A stretch of DNA of 62,149 nt, the filler included, from Basidiobolus ranarum (lineage: Eukaryota), in the NCBI GenBank assembly GCA_040143965.1. It is 17 parts of 17 records of this genome, joined end to end, with 100 filler letters (N's around TTAATTAATTAA, not from the genome) between each part and the next. Parts side by side here need not be neighbours in the genome. Positions count along the whole stretch, not along the records: positions 1 to 3,573 come from JASJQH010009281.1; positions 3,674 to 7,244 come from JASJQH010009282.1; positions 7,345 to 10,914 come from JASJQH010009283.1; positions 11,015 to 14,583 come from JASJQH010009284.1; 13 more parts are not named here. One strand, 5' to 3'. Positions 1 to 11,483 of this stretch are shown one piece after another. Positions within the stretch are counted from its first letter, which is position 1; each line of letters opens with the position of its first letter. Made by a program: the position numbers and the translations under genes. Below the pieces are notes generated by a model. It saw only the letters and a program-made list of their open reading frames with translations. It had not been told where the DNA came from and did no database searches.

Positions 1-234
1 AAAAAGTAGCAGCCAAGTTCTCTAACAAAATCGATCGAAACTTAAATATAGTGACAGCTGATACATGAGCGGGCCTGGTGCTGAGACTGTTCTTATTCTT
101 TCCAAACAATCAAAACTTTCATCCTTTCAATGGTAACTTGTAACTGTTGTAATTATTGACTTGATTATTCACACTTAGATCTCAATCTATACTTCATGTT
201 TACTTAAATTATTTTATTACCAAATTGACAGAAT

Positions 235-1000
235 ATGAAGCTTCTCAAAGTTGGCCTAACTTGCCACATTCTACACGTTGTTATTGCAATAAGTCATTAA
301 GTGAAAACAGAATGATCTTCTAGTTCTCCAAATCACTTCCAATACCTCACAACAGAAACTATCCATGCTAAACCTGGTAAAAGCTTTCCACCACGCTTGG
401 AAAATTCTGTGATGTTAAAGGGTATCTCACTTCAGCGGCGTAACCTAAGCCATGTGTTCTACCCACGAAAGTATCCACTTTGAAATATAGAATACGAGAG
501 GATAAAATTCAACAATGAAAATAATCAGATACCGTCAACTCTGCAACCTTCAATAACTTTCCCAGCACTTTCATAAAACCTGGAGAATTAAGAGTACCTT
601 GCTTTCACCGTAATTGTGTGGAGGTATAAAGCGATGAATCTTGCGGTAGAAATGTTGAGTGCAGAAGGTCTTCCTGTTAGTGACTTTTTATCAGGGTTTG
701 GAAAATTGGAGCACAAGTACTTGGATCCTGATTGCGTTAATGGTACCATCACTGAAATAACAAAGTATTACGGTGATCATTATGGATTTACACTCACGTC
801 ATACTGGATACCGATTGATCTCATTTACAACATGGTAACAATATCTTTAAGTATGACATCAGTAATAACATGGCTGATAAGAGGTTTGGTTGGATGATAG
901 TTTCTGTTCAAGGACCCTCACAGTGAGTGTCAATGGTCTAAGCTAAGGATTTCTCTCTTTCAAAACATAATTGTGAGGTGGTACAACAAGATCATTTACC
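235..1000 (+). pseudogene. Possible decayed intron-containing gene of unknown family
   Basis: ATG at 235 begins a hydrophobic MKLLKVGLTCHILHVVIA stretch. There is a protein-like ORF at 616-897 and donor-like GTAACA (~835) and GTGAGT (~923) sites, but I could not build an intact model. Confidence 0.2.
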
Positions 1001-1073
1001 GGGTGCAGAAGAAACTTTTATTATTATTCAATTTAGAAAACAATATTCTGTACAACTCGGAATTTTCAATAAT

Positions 1074-1625
1074 TTAATCGTATTGACGACCAGAACGAGA
1101 ATGACTCTGTTGACCATTTCTGCGGGAGATTCCATTTTCATATCCGCTATCATGATCGTCTTGACGCTCATAGCGAGAGCGAGGATAGTTTTGTTGAACA
1201 TCTCTGCCCGAGATACCGCGTTCATATTCGTTGTTATACTCATCTTGTTCGTATTGACGGCCATAACGAGAACGAGGATAGCTCTGCTGACCATTTCTGC
1301 GAGACATACCACGTTCGTACTCGTTATCGTACTGATCATACTCGTATTGACGGCCATAACGAGAGCGAGGATAGTTCTGTTGACCATTTCTGTGAGACAC
1401 ACTATTTTCATATTCGTTATCATACTCGTCTTGTTCGTATTGATGACCATAATGAGAGTGAGGATAGTTTTGTTGACCATTTCTGCCAGAGACACCGCAT
1501 TGGTATTCGTTATCATACTCATCTTGCTCGTACTGGCGGCCATAACGAGAGTTATTTTGCTGATCACTTCTGCGAGTCAAACCTCTTTCGAAGCGGCTTT
1601 ATGATTGATGTTGGTTAGAAGGCAT
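1074..1625 (-). CDS. Tyr/Gln/Arg/Glu-rich tandem-repeat protein (31-aa units); in-frame TAA at codon 9, possibly a pseudogene or null allele
   Basis: ATG at 1625 reads MPSNQHQS*SRFERGLTRRSDQQ..., in frame with the ORF at 1074..1580. Four full units of the SRYGRQYEQDEYDNEY..G.S.RNGQQNYPR type plus one shorter unit. TATA-like TAAATATAG about 60 nt upstream. Confidence 0.6.
1080..1555. repeat. 93-bp tandem repeat, about 5 copies
   Basis: TGACCATTTCTGC and CATAACGAGAGCGAGGATAG-type motifs recur at about 93-nt spacing, leaving several frames open on both strands. Confidence 0.9.
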
Positions 1626-2612
1626 GTTAGAGAATGTTGGTTTTACCAGTTATCAAACGAATTGATGTTCAAGTTTAGTGCTATATTTACTCGCTGCGCC
1701 GTTATATAACAAGACGTGGCTTAGAAGACTGATACGTGAAGGCTAAGTCACCATCCTGATGGATTACTCCTAAAGCAATACCCAATAATTTCATATGATT
1801 ATTCGTATATTCTGGCATGAATGATCCAATTTCTAATATCTTCCCAATAGTACATAGTCATATTGCTAGTAGCGCATTATAATATACAAAACATTCATGA
1901 TTACCGATTTTTTATTAAACATTAATGATGTGTGTAGCTACATTTTATTTGCCACTGAACATTACCGATAGATTTAAGTCTCGTGTATTTAGAGATATTG
2001 TGGTGTTTTTCCGTCAGCGTATAGATATTTGATTCAACCTATAGATTCAGAGAATAGGAAAACCTGCACTCAAAGGAGCCTATTTTAGGTCAGCATATGG
2101 ATTCATTTATCAGACTCTATGGTTATTTTGTTTTCTTAGCCTTTCACCAGGCGAACCATAACTTAAGCAATTTCTAAGGTGCACAATAAATACCAGAACA
2201 ATATATAAATTAAAGCTTATATTCTCATTTCTTGGTTAAAAATAAGTCCCAAGTAACTCTTTGCATGTTAGAATACTTCAGTCCCACAACATTATGTGGG
2301 CAAAGATATGTGGAGATTCATACATGAAAATTTATTCTTGGAAGGAAATCTTTACCTCCGATTTATAGTAACACTTAGTTTTCAACATGATGTAACCTAG
2401 GTGACATTACTCAATTATGAATCCCCAGGTGATATCAGATAGTTTGCTGACGGTTATATTCTTAGAATATACATACATACATCTCGCGAAACTGCTGTCA
2501 GACATGTTTATCCTTTCAACTCGTTATGTAGTGGTTTTATAAGAAAGAGAGTTTGTGAAAGTAATGGCTTATTCAATGACCATTATTAATGGAAGTATAT
2601 TGGTGCCTTGAA

Positions 2613-2948
2613 TTATTGAACAGTAGCAACAACTTTTATACCATCAGCAACACATACAATTGCGCGAATGTTCAATCCCAATGCGTCAATGCGCGCATCG
2701 ATATCGGGGGAGCATTGTGTGCTTGGGTTTGGTACCATACCGGTAGGTAACTCTTCTCCACTTCGAAGACAAACAACTGCTGTGATTTTCGCATCCAAAA
2801 AACTGATCTTAGCGTTAATATCTTCATAGCTACCAGGAGTCAGTGATGTACCAATGTTGGCATTTATCGCAGCCTTCAACGGTAATGGAGCAGCAATTGT
2901 AGAGAAAATTGTGCACAATACAGCTAATAAAGTAAGAACAAAACGCAT
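2613..2948 (-). CDS. Small secreted protein (111 aa) with two internal D-I-x-A-x-I...A-I/V-V-C repeats
   Basis: Signal peptide MRFVLTLLAVLCTIFSTIA/AP, intronless ORF, repeats DINAKISFLDAKITAVVC and DIDARIDALGLNIRAIVC, and TATAAATA at 3001-3008 on the minus strand. Confidence 0.85.
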   Translation of the reverse strand: MRFVLTLLAVLCTIFSTIAAPLPLKAAINANIGTSLTPGSYEDINAKISFLDAKITAVVCLRSGEELPTGMVPNPSTQCSPDIDARIDALGLNIRAIVCVADGIKVVATVQ

Positions 2949-3573
2949 GATTGAGAAGTTGGTATTTGAAGTGTGATTGCTAGAAACTATTTTTATTTGC
3001 TATTTATACCAACATCAAGATGTAGGGTTAGGGTCAGTAGACCCGGTAGAGCTGAACGGAAATGCATTGAAATGATGACTGAAATGGTAGTATAATTAAA
3101 TCATGCACATGCCTACTTTTAATTCAGTTGAGGATACCTCTACTTCCACCTTTCAACATGTTTAGCATGTTGCTTCTATTCTCTTATGCAAGCTGCTAAG
3201 CAACAGCTTAAAGTTGATTCTGTATCTTCCCCTACTTAAGACTTAGGGTTAGGCTAAGTATGTAATGGATGGATATCGTGATATGTAATTAGTAATGAAT
3301 GTTTTAAAATTGATAATACTTACTAGTCAAATTATGAATTTTGGTGAACTACTTCTTGTTTGCAACCTTCTGCGTCTCGTAGTTATCACCAAAATCATAT
3401 GCGACTTTAGTCTGTGTGGATTCAATATATTTCTGGGATACTAACATCGAAACATATTACACGCGTTTCAACATTCCTTTGTCTCAAAGATATATCAATT
3501 CATCATAACATACTTGAGAATTAATCTGACCAAAACACTGACAAATCTTAACCACAGATGGGGACAAATTTCT

Positions 3574-3673
3574 NNNNNNNNNNNNNNNNNNNNNNNNNNN
3601 NNNNNNNNNNNNNNNNNTTAATTAATTAANNNNNNNNNNNNNNNNNNNNNNNNNNNNNNNNNNNNNNNNNNNN
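3574..3673. other. Artificial contig spacer (44 N + TTAATTAATTAA + 44 N); first of 16
   Basis: Identical 100-nt spacers start at 3574, 7245, 10915, 14584, 18252, 21918, 25582, 29244, 32905, 36564, 40223, 43881, 47538, 51192, 54846 and 58498. The linker gives stops in all six frames, and contig lengths never increase from 3573 to 3552. Confidence 0.99.
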
Positions 3674-4688
3674 GGCACTAGCTATATATTCTGGGAGTTC
3701 CCAATGGAGCACAACTGTGGTGAAATGATGCTTGGTGTGAATTTGTCAGTATTACCATCTGCTAATCTGATTAATAATGTACCAGCTAAATCCATGATAG
3801 ATGTAATGCAATGGGTTCAGGCGACTCCAGACTGTATGGACCTTCCAACAAAGGGCTCTTTTCAGTGTGCTCATGTGTTTTTGCTTTGTCTGAGCACAAT
3901 AACAGCAACAAAGCCCAATCAATGGACACAGAGTAAGTACCTCTTTGATTTGGACTAATTTGTTTGTGTAATAATTGGATGGTATTTTTAGGAAAGCTGC
4001 ATTGCAGACTTCTTGGTGAGATTGATCATGATATGTATTATTTTTGTTTTAGCCATGGGGTAATCTATTCAAGCAATGGCACATCTACTTGTGGCAGGAC
4101 ATTTGTTGATGGCAAGATGGGTATATATTGGTTGAATTCTTCATGGAAATTTGCCAAAATCCAAGAGCTTATTCTCATTGTGAATGGTAACAAGAGTCAG
4201 CTCTTTGCCAAGTGTCAGTGCTATACAAAATTCCAGATGTTTAGCAATTTTTCACCATTGGTTTGCTAGTAAAGCATATTAATGTTGTTGAGTTATGTCT
4301 AATCATCATGTATGTGCCTATGTAGAAACTAAACACACCAAGATTCTTATATTTTTTGATTCTCAATATGGCTGGAATAAAAAGCCTAGAATATCTAAAT
4401 AAAGGCATGCATATTAATTTGAATTCCTATGGCAGTAATCCCTGTAATTTGTCATGTGAAAATGAGATTTTTGCAAAAATTGGTGGATGTTGAACAACAC
4501 ATGCCAAAATTGAGAATCAATATTTTAACAAATATGAATACCATCAAAATACTGTCAAGAAACCACCATTACACCATCAAAATCCCTGGCAGAATGAAAG
4601 TCACCAATATTGCGATGGTTCTCTGATGGTTTTGCTATTTTAGAGGGTTGCTTCAATCCAGATCAAATTGATTTTATTTTTGTTAGGG
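3674..4688 (+). mobile_element. CMC/EnSpm (CACTA-like) DNA transposon, decayed 3' part ending at its terminus
   Basis: WEFPMEHNCG resembles the W.FPMER.CG motif of Tnp2-type transposases. Homologous to 5363-7244, 11015-11483 and 47638-51191. Ends ...TTTGTTAGGG at 4688. Confidence 0.8.
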
Positions 4689-4810
4689 AATTGATTAACT
4701 TTTCTACTGTGTAAGTAACCATACACTCTTAAGAATAAAGTAACTAAAGCACACATATCATAAGTTGCTTCTAATGCTCACAGTCTGCCCCCATTATGTC
4801 AAAATCCTTC
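4689..4810 (+). mobile_element. 3' part of LTR family B
   Basis: Aligns by eye with 22101-22224 and 40013-40110 (TTAAGAATAAAGTAACTAAAG...ATAAGTTGCTTCTAAT). Confidence 0.7.
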
Positions 4811-5362
4811 TGCAAATATTAATTAACAAAGCCAAGGATTTACCCAATGGCCACTCAAGCTTGAACATGTGCCAACATTTCTCCATCATTGATGTTCTCT
4901 TGTTTTATAAGCAATGGCTCTGCTTTCCAGACTCAAAATCAAGCCAGAAAGACATGACTCACCACTTGCAGGATACTATGGTGTTGTCAAATCATATATG
5001 TTGGCATGCAGGCATTATTGATGGCCTAAAATGTCAGCATTTGTGAAAGCTTATGTTTCCACCTGTGATACTTGCGCTCAAGCAATGACTCCAAGACATT
5101 GGCCCTAGAGCATCCTACAGCTACTTCCAATACCTCATCAGCAATGGAAATCTATAACCCTATATTTCATCAGTTACCTACCCTTTTCTGCCAAATATGT
5201 TTTAATTCTGGTAAATGTTAACAGTCTTACAAAGATGGCCCACTTTGTGCCCTGCAACAAGTCAATTGATGCAAAACAAATAGCAGAATTGGTAAATCAG
5301 AAGATATCTTCTGTTTACATGGACTCCCTGAAACTATCATATCTGACCAAGGACCTCAGTTA
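4811..5362 (+). mobile_element. Ty3/Gypsy integrase fragment (degenerate)
   Basis: WKSITLYFISYLP...SLTKMAHFVPC and ...CLHGLPETIISDQGPQ match the Gypsy rve core; the upstream CDTC fits the integrase zinc-binding domain. Frameshifted. Confidence 0.8.
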
Positions 5363-7244
5363 CCCTTACAAACATAAAATCAATTCGATCTGGATTGGAT
5401 CCACACTTCTAAAGTGCAAAACTGTCAGAGAAACATCACAATATTGGTGGCTTGAATTCTGCCAGGGATTTTGATGGTATAATGGTGGTTGCTTGATGGT
5501 ATTTTGATGATATTCATACATGTTGAAATATTGATTCTTAAATTTGGCATGCACTATTAATTTCCAGCATTTTCTGCAAAATTGTAATTTTCAAATGGCA
5601 TATTACTGGGTTTACCACTATAGGAGTTCAACCTAATATGCAAGCCTTTATTTAGATATTTTGGCTTTGAGTTCCAGCCATAATGAGAGTCAAAATATAC
5701 AGGAATCAAGTTGTGTTTAGTCTCTACATATGACATACTTGACTGATCAGACATAACTCAACAACATCAATATGCTTTACTGGCAAACTAATGGTGGAAA
5801 AATTGCTAAACATCTGAAATTTTGAATAGCACTGACACTTGGCAAAGAGCTTACTCTTGCTATCATTTACAATGAGAATAAGCTCTTGGATTTTAGCAAA
5901 TTTTTGTAAAGAATTCAGCCAATATATCACCAACTTGCAGTCAATAAATGTCCTGCCACAAGTAGATGTGTCATTGCTTGAATAGATTACCCCATGACTA
6001 AATAGATAATACTGCATATCTCCATCTATCTCACCCAGAAGTCTGTCTTGCAGCTTTCCTAGAAATACCATCAGATTATTACACAAACAATTAGTCCAAA
6101 TTCTAGAGGTGCTTATTCTGTGCCAATGCATTGGGTATTGTTGCTGTTATTCTGCCCAAACAATGCAAAAACCTGTGAGCCCATTGAAAAGAGCACTTTG
6201 TTGGAAGGTTGAATACTCTGGAGTCTCCTTAACCCATTGCATTACATCCATCACTGATTTTGCAGATAAATTGTTAATCATACTATTAGCATTTTCACAT
6301 GGTGCACCATTTTACCGCCGGTGTGCTCCATTGGAAGCTCCCAGAATGTATACCAAGGGCCTGTATTCTCTGAGCATTGGTAAAGGTGCAGAAGGGAATG
6401 AATTGAATACCAGCAAAGACCCAGTCTATCCTCTTTCTACCTGTAAAAAAGTTTTTCATATCCAACTACAATATCTTTGCACAGTCACTGTATCTACCTG
6501 AGATCAGCCAATGTGAATTGATGCTGTAAGAATATATTAATCATAGCCACAAACAACTCCCAATATTGCCAATATTCATCAGGCAGAAATTTTTTCAAGA
6601 TTCCACTTGAATATATACAACTCCAATACTTCCAGTCTTTGCATTGGAATAAACTCCTAGATGAGTGGATATTTATGGGAGTCCTGGTAAAATATGATGA
6701 AATCTTGATGTTTCAAGCATCTTCCTAATCAATTCAAGCTTTGATCCTATCTTGAATGGCTCCTTTATATTAAATACTCCACTATATAGCTGAGTGAGTA
6801 GTATCAGAATGTTGTTGTATAGTAAGTGCATAGTGCCTACTGGGAAGCTCTGGCTCCAGCTGATCCTATTTAGCAATATAATCTTAGGCTTACAGCAAAT
6901 ACCAAGTTTGATGTTAGACTAACTATTTGGTGTATTGTTATCAGTGACCTGGTTCAAATCTGACCAGTCTCTTGATGGAAAAATCATGGAGTTTAGCTTT
7001 GTATATGGATAGTAGTAATGTAAATGCCTGATTGAGTAGACACCATTGATTTGACAAAATCTACAGCAAGATAGTGCATTACGCCTGCAAAAACCTCCAA
7101 GTTTGCTGATGCCAGGAGTGTCACCAATACATACAATGATTTAGATTTAAGAAAATATTAACCCATCTGCACCCTATAGATAACCATTCAAATTCTGCAA
7201 TCAAAGGCTGCAAGAAGCTATCTATAAGCACTGGTGATTTAGGT
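5363..7244 (-). mobile_element. CMC/EnSpm transposon remnant (Tnp2-like transposase), inverted relative to the 3674-4688 copy
   Basis: Contains GDTPGISKLGGFCRRNALSCCRFCQINGVY and P.GTMHLLYNNI motifs. Begins at terminal CCCTTACAAA (5363). Confidence 0.85.
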
Positions 7245-7891
7245 NNNNNNNNNNNNNNNNNNNNNNNNNNNNNNNNNNNNNNNNNNNNTTAATTAATTAA
7301 NNNNNNNNNNNNNNNNNNNNNNNNNNNNNNNNNNNNNNNNNNNNTATTCATTCCTCACCCTCACCCCCATTCCCATCCATACGTTGCTCGCTTTTTATTC
7401 ACTTACTGTCTCCACCTCTTTTCTGATATTAGCATCTCTTGAAAATACCGAAATTGCTGTGAATACCTCGATTTGATTGATTGTGCTCCCTCACCCAAAG
7501 CTAGCTTTTTCCCACCTCTCGTACATTGCTTACTCTCGTATCGCAACCAACTTGAAAGTCCACTTCATTTATTAACTTCAACATGTCTTCACAGATCAAA
7601 TACATTCTCTTTTATTCCCAATATCTGTAACTTGCTCGATATTATCTTTGCTGAAAGTGTGTATTATTGTACGTCGGATTATGTTTGGTTGGATACATTT
7701 CAAAAATAGATAAATTTATTGCATGTCGAGATGATTGATTCACAAGAATGAGAATATTGAACAAATGGCGAAAATATATATAACCATGAAACCCACCACA
7801 CGCACAGGGCACGGTGAAAAGAACATTAGGTTGGTAGGACTTTCTTTTTGAGGAAAAAGTACCAAAAAAAAATCAAGGAAATGTTCCTATC

Positions 7892-10085
7892 CTAACGTTT
7901 CGGGAAAATTCTACGATGCAATTTACGCACGTATTTTCCTCTTCTTCGTCCTTTGTGTAATTTAGGGGAATCCAAGACGACTTCAAGATTACTAGTTCGA
8001 CGAACACTTGACTCTACAACACTTTTCATCATTTTATCATCAAGTATGTGCTTGGAGCTTCTCTCTTGACAAATTCCTATTCCAACGGTTAAACCGCTTT
8101 GGGTTAGGGAGCATACCAGCCTCGAGTCGCAAGGGGGATGTTCGGATCCGATCATGCAGGGAGTGCCCAACTAGTGAAATCGAAGAGATCCAAATAAGAT
8201 TGAAGTGAATTTTTGAGTTAGCTTAATGAAAAGTGTTTTCACCTACCGTACCGGCTCGTTGACACGTCCCCTGTTCCTCTGAAGGATCCAGTCCATTAGG
8301 TGTACAGATGTAACCTACCTCACTAGATTATGTATGTGGTTTAATACATTTGTACGCGGTATCACAATACAATGATGAACCATACCATGGGTGGGAGGAA
8401 GAGCAAGCAGTTTTTTTCTCTACTTTCTGTGAAGTCTCAGACTGAATGATCGGTTTTTGCGAATCATTTAATGGTTTAGGTAAAGTACGAGTTGCATTTT
8501 GTCCCTGTATAATACAAAGACCAGAGTCTCCCTGGACTTTGTGTTTGCATACTAATCCTGGGTCACAAGACCATGGGAAGGTTGGCCCACAGCTAGTACC
8601 GACCTTGATAAGAAAAAGTTGGTAACCAATGCTTCATGTTACAAACTTATTTTATCCCATACCTGGCCACGTCGTTTACAGATCCCAAAAACCTTCTTAT
8701 TCAATTTCGAGTGCTCATCACCTCGATGAATATTTCCTTCTCGTGCACATTCCAATCCATTTTCACTAATATTCAAATAAATGAGAAAGGATTTTTTAGA
8801 TTACTGGAATATGAGAGAGGATAGAATTTTGAATTGAGTTACCATTGAAGTTTGCGTGGACCTCCACAAATTTGACCCAGTGGAGAAGATACAACACGTC
8901 CCTTGTCCATTTGACATGTCTTCTCACCGGTTCTGCTCTTGGTCTGATTGAGACAGGAAAGAGTAGTGTTACAGTCAGCACTGGAAGAACATGGAGTTCC
9001 GATCTGGACATCAAAGTTAGTATAGTCTACATTCAAGCATGAACCTTATCATATCAAGTTACCTCTCCCTTTTTCCTACATACTCCAAAACTCGTGGATA
9101 TTCTATCATGTGACGGATAGACACACAATAGATCCAAACCACTAATGAAAGAGGTTCAAAAGAATTAATAACGACTTTAGCAAGATCAAATCAAAACCAA
9201 GGCCAAGTACCATTTGATACGATCTTTCCCGCCACAAGTCTGGTTCAAACCAGGGTCCTTGGGATAAGTCGAATGAATAGTTGGAGTGCCAGCCACCCCT
9301 GAGGAGCTCCCAAGTATTGAAGTAGAAGTAGCCAAGATACTTGTACTTTTCGTAGCAGTAGATTCAGTACTCTTGGAAACGGTTTTAGTTGAACTTGGTA
9401 AGGTCGCATTGATGCCATGATTTTGGTTCGAATCTGACAATGTGATTTTAATCAATCGGTTATATGGATTTACACAGACTCCTACGTTTCGTCCACTTGC
9501 TGGTCTAGGAAAGCATGAAAGCGCGTTCATACATTTGGCTTTTCCTTGTGCATGCGGATTACAACGTGTTCCCTCCTAAGAAGATTGCAATAGAATCGAT
9601 TGTTAGTACTAGTGATATGAATGAGTGAGAGGATTCCTAAGAATTCTCTCTTACTTCACCAAGTCTTCGACATATGCCTGGCATTGTTTTATCTTGAGTG
9701 AAGAACTCCCTCTTATGACCTGGCCTTACGCAACCTAAACCTTCCCCACTAATTATTTGGTTAACAAACACTGAATCGATATCGAAAGAATGTCCTTCAT
9801 TAGATAGGAATTACCAAGATTTCATCTCTTTGCCACCACACCTGTCTCCGACTCCCGCTAGAGCCAAGTTTCTCGTACCACTGGTTACAACTGTGCTATT
9901 CGAACTCGCGTTTACTAAATTCACGTGTAATATAATCCACATCGACAAGAATAAATTTGAATTAATCCAGAAATCGTTAGTACATCAACTTCTCGTATAG
10001 AATTTATCCAAAGGGTCTACTCACACAAGTCAGAATATACGATGATTCCAAATAGGGTCACTAAAATGTGTTTAGTATATTTCAT
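7892..10085 (-). CDS. 10-exon secreted Cys-rich protein: eight 4-Cys modules (G..C-x-C..GL.C-x-G.C), Ser/Thr linker, basic C-terminal tail
   Basis: Spliced by hand from ATG 10085 (MKYTKHILVTLFGIIVYSDL) through nine GT-AG introns in one open frame to TAG at 7892. ORF-track pieces 9186..9530, 8839..9036 and 7892..8170 overlap its exons. Confidence 0.85.
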
Positions 10086-11014
10086 ATTGTCATTTAATCT
10101 AGCCTTGAAGTATAGCTTCAGTGGATGGATGTAGATATTAGACCAATAGTAAACGTGTAAAGTCCCAGTAGAGAATCGAACAGAAGTTCAATAGGAAGTA
10201 CGCCCGTCAAGGGAATAGAAACAAGGAGAAAGGTGAGAGAATGAGGGGAGAGAGGAAGAAGACGGAAGAGGACTTTCACCATCAGGACCGTTTCGACTAT
10301 TTATCAAATCAAAGAAAGTTTCGTTTTAGACACGATTAGCATGCATCCATGATCTCTCAGTATATTTCAGTAGCTGAATTCTAATGATGTAATTCCATTT
10401 AGAGAGATTCTTTTTTGGTTTTTGCAAGATTCTAAGCTTCTCTCTAACAACAACATTCTACCTAGAAACAGTTTGTTTCGTAAACTGATCGATTGCTTCC
10501 TTATCTTGAAACTTTTGAGAATCTAATCAATCTGGTAGTTTGTTATGTTATCATCCGAAGTTGTCGAAACCAAGATTCGGATACTGATTCTGATGCATTC
10601 TTAACTTCCTCCCTTTTGGAGCATTTACTAGGCGATTGTTTGAACTAGGTAATATCAATACCAACGAGTAATAAAATGCTACACTAAATTAGTGACACGT
10701 TAGAGAAAGTTCTTTTCAGTAGTAATTTGAAATCATATTTATATATTTCAAAACAGTTGCTATGATCGGGAGACAAACAAACCACAATAAGGTCTCCCTT
10801 TGTTTGAAACACCATAATATTTGTTGATAATAAATGAGGACAGTTAGGCTGCAAAATAAAAATGGAACAAGTAGCATTGAAGAGGCGCGATTGTACAGAG
10901 CAATAAAGGTGGAANNNNNNNNNNNNNNNNNNNNNNNNNNNNNNNNNNNNNNNNNNNNTTAATTAATTAANNNNNNNNNNNNNNNNNNNNNNNNNNNNNN
11001 NNNNNNNNNNNNNN

Positions 11015-11483
11015 AAACAAATAAGTCCAATTATTGAGGTACTTCCTCTATGTCAATGGATTGGGCTTTGTGGCTGTTATTGTGCTCAAACAATGTACAA
11101 ACCCATGAGCACATTGAAAATAGACCTTTGTTGGCAGGTTTTATATACTCTGGAGTCTCCTTAACCCATTGCATTACATCCTTCACTGATTTTGTTGATA
11201 CATTGTTAATCAGATTATCATACAGTAATACACACAATTTGGCATGGAGCCTGATTTTACTGCAGGTGTGCTCCATTGGGAACTCCCAGAATATATAGCA
11301 AGGGCCTATAATCTCTAAGCATTGTGAAAGATGCAGCAGGAAATGTATTGAATACTGGCATAGATTCAGTCTATGTTCTTTAAACCTGTAATCAAGTTTT
11401 TCATATCAAATCACAAAATCTTTGCACAGTTGCTGTATCTGCCTGAGATCTGCCAATGTGATTTGATGCCATAAGAATATATT
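11015..11483 (-). mobile_element. CMC/EnSpm transposase remnant
   Basis: FWEFPMEHTCS motif; near-collinear with 6090-6540 and 48780-49240. Confidence 0.8.

Noticed and set aside
978-1604. 208-aa very hydrophobic plus-strand ORF and 179-aa alternative minus-strand ORF
   Set aside because: These are shadow frames of the 93-bp repeat. The ATG and TATA-like context favour the Tyr/Gln-rich minus frame.
3574-3673. Regularly spaced TTAATTAATTAA palindromes about every 3.66 kb
   Set aside because: They are artificial linkers between length-sorted contigs. The periodicity and any cross-contig gene clustering are artefacts.
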